A stretch of 42,796 bases of DNA from an uncultured Treponema sp. (GTDB lineage: Bacteria > Spirochaetota > Spirochaetia > Treponematales > Treponemataceae). The position numbers and the translations under genes were made by a program. A model generated the notes under the pieces. That model searched no databases. It saw only the letters and a program-made list of their open reading frames with translations, and was not told the DNA's origin. Positions 37,499 through 42,796 of this stretch are shown here, piece after piece (the stretch's first letter is position 1; the number at the start of each line of letters is the position of its first letter). The stretch covers positions 1-42,796 of the forward strand of contig CALELJ010000039.1 in assembly GCA_937902445.1 (NCBI GenBank), in the 5' to 3' direction.

Positions 37499-37564
37499 TT
37501 AGGAATTAGGAATTAAGAATTAGGAATTGGAAGGAAGATGAAACTTTTTTCTGATTCCTAATTA
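37496..37564. repeat. AATTAGG heptamer tandem repeat (~5 units) plus a downstream inverted copy
   Basis: AATTAGG AATTAGG AATTAAG AATTAGG AATTGGA (37497-37531); ATTCCTAATTA (37554-37564) is the exact reverse complement of 37496-37506. Confidence 0.8.
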
Positions 37565-37573
37565 ATTACAGCA

Positions 37574-38074
37574 ATGAAGACAAAGGCACTTTTGATTTCA
37601 GTCATTTTCTTTTTAGCAATGGTGTTTGTTTTCACTTTTCCTTTTTATTCAGTTCTTTCAATTTCAAACAGAAAGAATCCTTCAGAGAAAATTTATTTTA
37701 CAGACGGAACGAAAGGTTTTGTCGTTTCCTACACCCACTCGGTGAACAAAGGACGCGTCCACGACTATTACAGAACGGAAGGCCGCAACCTTGTTGTCTA
37801 CAGGACCGACTTTGTAAGCTACGGAGCCGGAATGCCTGAACTTGAGGAAACTCCGGGTGCTGTTTTCCATGAGACAGACGGAACTTATTCCATGGAATAC
37901 AGAAGGGATGCAGGCCGGTCGTTTTTACTTTCAGTCGGTGTCATTGCCGAACATTCCATTACAGTCGGAAGTCATGAATTTTTTCTGAAAGATTTTTTTG
38001 CTCCAAGAACAAGTCTTGTATTTGAAGTAAAAAACATTTCACTTTACCAGTTCTTGAAAAGGAGGCCAATTTGA
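37574..38074 (+). CDS. DUF1850-family protein (TAXI-TRAP associated)
   Basis: YTHSVNK and FVSYGAGMP motifs; lies between the TAXI SBP and the permease. Confidence 0.85.
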   Translation: MKTKALLISVIFFLAMVFVFTFPFYSVLSISNRKNPSEKIYFTDGTKGFVVSYTHSVNKGRVHDYYRTEGRNLVVYRTDFVSYGAGMPELEETPGAVFHETDGTYSMEYRRDAGRSFLLSVGVIAEHSITVGSHEFFLKDFFAPRTSLVFEVKNISLYQFLKRRPI

Positions 38075-40086
38075 GCAGCAAAGAAAAAAACAACCAGACA
38101 GAAAATCAGTTTGAAGAGCAGATGGAAAATCTGGGACCTACTTCAAACGAAACGGAACTTAAGGAAATGATGAAAAGCCTTGACCGCGAGCAGGCATACA
38201 GAGAGCATACCTGCTGGCGTCAGTACATTACCGTAATCGTTTCCATTGCCTTTGTGGTTTTCCAGTTATATTCAAGCCTTTCGGGAATGGTAACGGCACA
38301 GGTTCTCCGCGCAACACACCTTGCCTTTGTCCAGATGCTTGCTTTCCTTCTTTTTCCTGCAACCAAAAAGCTTCCGCGCAACCATCTGCCATGGTACGAC
38401 GTTGTCCTTGCGTTGATTGGGGCCGCCTGCTGGTTCTACATAGTCGTCAATTTCCAGGAACTTGCACGCCGTACAGGAGCTTTTACCTTCCTTGATATTT
38501 TCGTAGCCTGCGTGGGAATTCTTGTCCTCGCAGAAAGCTGCCGCCGCATCGTAGGACTTCCTATTCTCATCATTGCAACATGTTTTGTCCTCTACGCACT
38601 TTTCGGCCGCTACATGCCGGGCTTCCTGAACCACCGCGGATATACGGTAAAACGTGTCGCAGCCCATCTTTTCTACAACACGGAAGGAATCATGGGTGTT
38701 CCACTCGGTGCATGTTCCACATTCATCTTCCTTTTCATTCTCTTTGGTGCGCTTCTTGAAAAAACAGGAAGCGGACAGTTCTTCATCGACATCTGCAACG
38801 CCATCGCAGGTGGAGCTTCCGGCGGCCCAGCAAAAGTTGCTGTCCTTACAAGCGCCCTCCTTGGTACTGTAAGCGGATCGTCTGTTTCAAACACTGTCGG
38901 AAGCGGAAGTTTTACAATTCCAATGATGAAAAAACTTGGATACAAGAAAGAATTTGCCGGAGCAGTAGAAGCCGCAGCATCAACTGGCGGACAGCTTATG
39001 CCGCCTATCATGGGAGCAGCAGCATTCCTCATGGCAGAAAGCCTCGGTGTTCCTTACATCAAGATTGTAAAGGCATCGATCATTCCGGCCATACTTTACT
39101 TCACAGGAATTTTCATCACAGTACATCTTGAAGCACACAAACTGAGCCTTAAGGGACTTCCCCGTGAAAAGCTTCCAAGATTTCTTCCCCTTTTCCTCCG
39201 CAAAGGATACATGCTTCTGCCTCTGATCATCATCGTCGCATTCCTCTGCATGGGACGCACTGCAGTTTACGCAGCCTTCATGGGAATAGCCGCATGTGTT
39301 GCAATAGGACTTGTCACATCTTTCGTAGACGTCGCAAAGGGACGCAGGCCAACATTCAGCGGAAAGGATGTCATTGAAGTAATGTGTGCCGCCGCAAGAA
39401 ACATAATCAGTGTTGCCATAGCCTGTGCAATGGCCGGCATCATCATCGGCGTAGTAACCCTTACGGGAATCGGCCTTAAGTTTGGAGCAGGATTGATTTC
39501 AATCTCCCACGGAATAGCACTCATAACACTTCTGCTCACTATGGTTTCTTCGATTATCCTTGGAATGGGAGCACCTACAACTGCAAACTACCTCATCACT
39601 TCAACAATTACAGCAGGTGCCATCATCCAGCTTGGATACGAACCGATCGCAGCCCACATGTTCGCATTCTATTTTGGTATCATCGCAGACGTAACACCTC
39701 CGGTAGCACTTGCCGCTCTAGCAGGAGCTGCCATAGCCAAGGGAAAACCGATGCGCACAGCCCTCAACGCCACAAAACTTGCCATCGGTGCTTTCATCAT
39801 TCCATACATCTTCGTATTCAACCCGGCAATGCTTATGATAAACACCGACCTGAGGGGCATAATTTCAATCAGCATTTCCGCCATCATCGGCATGTTTGGA
39901 ATCAGCGCCGCCCTTGAAGGTTATGTTTGCAGAAAGGAATCGATAATCGAAAGAATTCTTTTTGCGGCCGCAGGTTTCTGCTGTGTAATGCCTGGATTCA
40001 CGACAGACGGAATCGGTTTCCTGATCATGGGTGCGCTTATCGCCTACCAGATAATCAGAAACAGGGCTGAAAATAAAAGTGCATAA
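38071..40086 (+). CDS. TRAP transporter fused 4TM/12TM permease
   Basis: GGPAKVAV, GTVSGSSVSN, EAAASTGGQLMPPIMGAAAF, GMGAPTTANY, ADVTPPVAL; TTG start overlapping the upstream stop. Confidence 0.93.
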   Translation: MSSKEKNNQTENQFEEQMENLGPTSNETELKEMMKSLDREQAYREHTCWRQYITVIVSIAFVVFQLYSSLSGMVTAQVLRATHLAFVQMLAFLLFPATKKLPRNHLPWYDVVLALIGAACWFYIVVNFQELARRTGAFTFLDIFVACVGILVLAESCRRIVGLPILIIATCFVLYALFGRYMPGFLNHRGYTVKRVAAHLFYNTEGIMGVPLGACSTFIFLFILFGALLEKTGSGQFFIDICNAIAGGASGGPAKVAVLTSALLGTVSGSSVSNTVGSGSFTIPMMKKLGYKKEFAGAVEAAASTGGQLMPPIMGAAAFLMAESLGVPYIKIVKASIIPAILYFTGIFITVHLEAHKLSLKGLPREKLPRFLPLFLRKGYMLLPLIIIVAFLCMGRTAVYAAFMGIAACVAIGLVTSFVDVAKGRRPTFSGKDVIEVMCAAARNIISVAIACAMAGIIIGVVTLTGIGLKFGAGLISISHGIALITLLLTMVSSIILGMGAPTTANYLITSTITAGAIIQLGYEPIAAHMFAFYFGIIADVTPPVALAALAGAAIAKGKPMRTALNATKLAIGAFIIPYIFVFNPAMLMINTDLRGIISISISAIIGMFGISAALEGYVCRKESIIERILFAAAGFCCVMPGFTTDGIGFLIMGALIAYQIIRNRAENKSA

Positions 40087-40092
40087 ATGAAG

Positions 40093-40120
40093 AATGCCGG
40101 CGTCATTGCCGGCATTTTTT
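40093..40120. terminator. Intrinsic terminator between convergent genes
   Basis: Perfect 9-bp stem AATGCCGGC-GTCATT-GCCGGCATT followed by a T-run. Confidence 0.85.
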
Positions 40121-41309
40121 ATTTGGGAAAATATTTGTTCTTAAGCTGCGTGTAGTCAAAATTGCCTTCCTTCTCACGCATGTTGTAGTCCACATCCTTT
40201 TCAAGAATCCTGAGGAACACATCCGCAATGTCAGGGTCAAACTGCTTTCCCCTCTCATCCTGGATTATGGAGATGACTTTTTCACGAGGCATTACGCTTC
40301 TGTAGCTTCTGTTTGAGGTCATGGCGTCATAGGCGTCCGCAATGCTGACAATGCGGGCAATGACAGGAGTTTCAGTTCCGGCTTTGCCATCAGGATAACC
40401 CCTGCCGTCATAACGTTCGTGGTGCCATCTTGCGACCTGGGCAAGTTCCGGCATCTCATCGATTTCATGAAGGATATTCCAGCCGGACACAGGATGCTTT
40501 TTTATTTCCGCATATTCCTCGTCGGTAAGCTTGCCTTTTTTGTTGATGATCTCATCGGCGATGCTTATCTTTCCAATATCGTGGAGAAGTCCGCAAAAAT
40601 AGATTGTCTTCTGCATTTCATCGGAAAAACCCATATCCTTTGCAATCATCTCGGCATAGGAAGCGACACGGATCGAATGTCCGTTTGTATATTTATCTTT
40701 TGCTTCAACCGTCTGGCTCAAAGTAACAAAGAGCCTCAAAGACAGGCGTTCAATCTGAATGTTCTGCTCATCAGTTTTGGACTGGGCTACGGAACAGGAA
40801 ACCATGCTGATGATTCCCATGCAGACAGCCTCAACACCACAGCAGAAAGCCGTGAGGATAAACTGATATGAAATCTTCATTTCAACGAAGCCAATCTCAG
40901 GACGCAATATACTTTTAAATGTATTTACACCGAACAAAGCACAGGCAAGGAGACTGTAAAAGTAGAACATCTTGTTCCGTCTTTGATAGTGAGTTTTGAA
41001 AATGTAACCCAAAAGTCCAATGAGCGGTATGAGAGGCACAACGATGGAACAGAATCCCCAGTAATATTTGATGCACCAGGTCATCACCGTTGAAAAAAGA
41101 AATACTTCGGAAAAGAAGAGCACGTAGGCCTGGTAAAGACATCTACCATTCAGAAACAGAAAGAAACAGGTGATGTAGACAGCAAAGCTCAATACATTGA
41201 AATATGACAGAGCACCCGCACCGGCGGTCATCATGAGACAGAAAAACACAACATGTACCAGAAGAACCATCACTGATACACAGGCCATGAACAGATGCAT
41301 GTTGTCCAT
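40119..41309 (-). CDS. Membrane-bound HD-GYP cyclic-dinucleotide phosphodiesterase
   Basis: About 6 TM helices, then EAKDKYTNGHS, LLHDIGK, HHERYDGRGYP, IADAYDAMTSNRSYR. Start set at 41309 because a TTGATT-16-TATAAT promoter (41397-41370) overlaps the longer ORF start. Confidence 0.9.
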   Translation of the reverse strand: MDNMHLFMACVSVMVLLVHVVFFCLMMTAGAGALSYFNVLSFAVYITCFFLFLNGRCLYQAYVLFFSEVFLFSTVMTWCIKYYWGFCSIVVPLIPLIGLLGYIFKTHYQRRNKMFYFYSLLACALFGVNTFKSILRPEIGFVEMKISYQFILTAFCCGVEAVCMGIISMVSCSVAQSKTDEQNIQIERLSLRLFVTLSQTVEAKDKYTNGHSIRVASYAEMIAKDMGFSDEMQKTIYFCGLLHDIGKISIADEIINKKGKLTDEEYAEIKKHPVSGWNILHEIDEMPELAQVARWHHERYDGRGYPDGKAGTETPVIARIVSIADAYDAMTSNRSYRSVMPREKVISIIQDERGKQFDPDIADVFLRILEKDVDYNMREKEGNFDYTQLKNKYFPK

Positions 41310-41426
41310 GTTTATGCCTTTTCGCAATTCCCTGAGTTTCAAAACTTCATCCTGTTTACTTTTTCTACCATTATATTGCATAAAATCACAAAATCAACGA
41401 AAATCTTTGTTCCCGGCGGTAATAAT

Positions 41427-42143
41427 ATGAACAAAAGAAAAGTTTTTTTTAACGGATTTCGCGACGGCATTCCCATCGGCCTTGGATATTTTGTGGTTTC
41501 CTTTTCACTTGGAATCATTGCAAAAAAATCAGGTGTAACATTCTATCAGGGTTTCATAGCAAGTTTTTTCAACCACGCTTCAGCTGGAGAATATGCCCTT
41601 TTCACTGCAATCGGAACTCTGGCAAGCTACATTGAGGTTGCCCTGGTGACCTTCATAGCAAACGCAAGATACCTTCTTCTTTCAAGTGCATTAAGCCAGA
41701 AATTTGATCCAAAGACAGGCTTCCTGCACAGGCTTTGTTCCGGCTTTGTGATTACCGATGAGATTTTCGGAATTTCAATCGCACAGAAAGGTTTTGTAAA
41801 TCCATTTTACATGTACGGGGCATTCATCTGTGCCTCGACCTTATGGAGTCTTGGTACTGCCTGTGGAATTCTTGCGGGAAACATCCTTCCACTCAGAGCC
41901 GTAAGCGCACTTTCTGTGGCACTCTACGGAATGTTCCTGGCCATCATAGTTCCGCCTGCAAAAAAGAATCCTGTAATAGCCGCCTGTGTCATAATCAGTT
42001 TTGCCGCAAGCTGGGTGATGGGTGTAGTTCCGCATATAAAGGAAATCTCAAGCGGAAACCGGGTCATCATACTGACTGTAATCATAGCAACAGCCGCAGC
42101 AATCATCAGACCTGTCAAAGAAGAAAAGGAAATGGAGGTGTAG
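41427..42143 (+). CDS. azlC: AzlC-family branched-chain amino acid exporter, large subunit
   Basis: GIPIGLGY, ASAGEY, NARYLL, ITDEIF, ALYGMFLAII; start at MNKRK (41427). Confidence 0.9.
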   Translation: MNKRKVFFNGFRDGIPIGLGYFVVSFSLGIIAKKSGVTFYQGFIASFFNHASAGEYALFTAIGTLASYIEVALVTFIANARYLLLSSALSQKFDPKTGFLHRLCSGFVITDEIFGISIAQKGFVNPFYMYGAFICASTLWSLGTACGILAGNILPLRAVSALSVALYGMFLAIIVPPAKKNPVIAACVIISFAASWVMGVVPHIKEISSGNRVIILTVIIATAAAIIRPVKEEKEMEV

Positions 42144-42146
42144 AAA

Positions 42147-42449
42147 ATGAAAAACGTCTACGTATACATTTTTGTGGCGGCATTTGTTTCACTTGTAATA
42201 AGGGCACTTCCACTTACACTGATCCGCAACCAGATAAAAAACAGATTCATCCGTTCATTTCTGTTCTACGTTCCCTATGTGACCCTTGCCGTCATGACTT
42301 TTCCCGCAATCACGGAAGCAACACAAAGCCTTTGGGCTGGAATCGCAGCTCTTGCAACCGGAATCATACTTTCCCTTGCCGGTGCCGGTCTTTTGCCTGT
42401 AGCAGCCGCATGCTGTGCCGTTGTTTTTGTTATTGAATTGTTTATCTAA
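42147..42449 (+). CDS. azlD: AzlD-family small subunit
   Basis: IRALP and FLFYVPYVTLAVMTFP; immediately follows azlC. Confidence 0.88.
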   Translation: MKNVYVYIFVAAFVSLVIRALPLTLIRNQIKNRFIRSFLFYVPYVTLAVMTFPAITEATQSLWAGIAALATGIILSLAGAGLLPVAAACCAVVFVIELFI

Positions 42450-42549
42450 GTCTGTTATGTTTTTAGTGGGTATTTTAAGAAAATTTCAATTTCAGGAAAT
42501 CCCACAACTAAAGAATACGTGAGTTTTATTATACGACCGGAGCGATCTT

Positions 42550-42796
42550 ATGGAAAATACAAGTGCAGAAAACCAGGAATCCAACGACATCATTGACCAG
42601 ATCCGCATTCCCCTTTCAGATATAAGCGGAATTTCAAGACTTCTCAGATACAATATACAGAACATGGAAGGCAACAACGAGTCCCAGGTTCATGCCCTTT
42701 TTGATCTGTTGAACGCACTTGATGAAAACACCGCCCACATCCTTTCCCTTCTCAATGAAAATCTTGAGCGCGAATACGAGGACAAACCTGACCTTG
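42550..42796 (+). CDS. Partial ORF running off the window; N-terminus resembles a degenerate HisKA helical hairpin
   Basis: GGAG RBS, ATG 42550, open to the end: MENTSAENQESNDIIDQIRIPLSDISGISRLLRYNIQNMEG...LNALDENTAHILSLLNE. Confidence 0.65.
   Translation, partial: MENTSAENQESNDIIDQIRIPLSDISGISRLLRYNIQNMEGNNESQVHALFDLLNALDENTAHILSLLNENLEREYEDKPDL

Noticed and set aside
37497..37531. Possible CRISPR or telomere-like repeat
   Set aside because: Units are 7 bp with no spacers and no cas genes; it is a simple tandem repeat.
42461..42513. Imperfect inverted repeat TTTAGTGGG...CCCACAACTAAA after azlD
   Set aside because: Bulged stem, long loop and no U-tract; too weak to call a terminator or element.

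Overview
A ~45% GC, gene-dense bacterial chromosome segment, most likely from a gut/rumen-type Treponema (spirochaete). The taxon is inferred from a def-fmt-PASTA operon, a DUF3996-like beta-barrel, an M18 aminopeptidase, multiple HD-GYP proteins and a Treponema-type Ig-like surface protein. The dominant feature (2782-17940) is an essentially complete aryl-polyene (APE)-type type II PKS/fatty-acid cluster. It has homologues of ApeB-ApeR, with E-R in canonical order, but apeBCD is flipped into a divergent operon, ApeG is fused to ApeH, ApeJ is split, and an internal leaderless promoter drives apeN-R. Directly next to it is a divergent pair sharing a palindromic -10 box: an MTA/SAH-type deaminase and an MtnN-like nucleosidase whose catalytic Asp is replaced by Asn, suggesting a deaminate-then-hydrolyse (inosine-type) route for SAM by-products. 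The rest is housekeeping, signalling and transport: cobB, an esterase, an aminopeptidase, a HAD hydrolase, HD-GYP-REC plus a hybrid kinase, DUF1538/tandem-PII/birA/radical SAM, hisD-def-fmt-PASTA, YwlG-like, TAXI-TRAP, a second HD-GYP and azlCD. The first ~170 bp is an ahcY fragment joined to a truncated Ig-like gene, probably a chimeric junction. No CRISPR array, tRNA, rRNA or transposase was recognised. All family calls come from motif recognition; no database searches were run.
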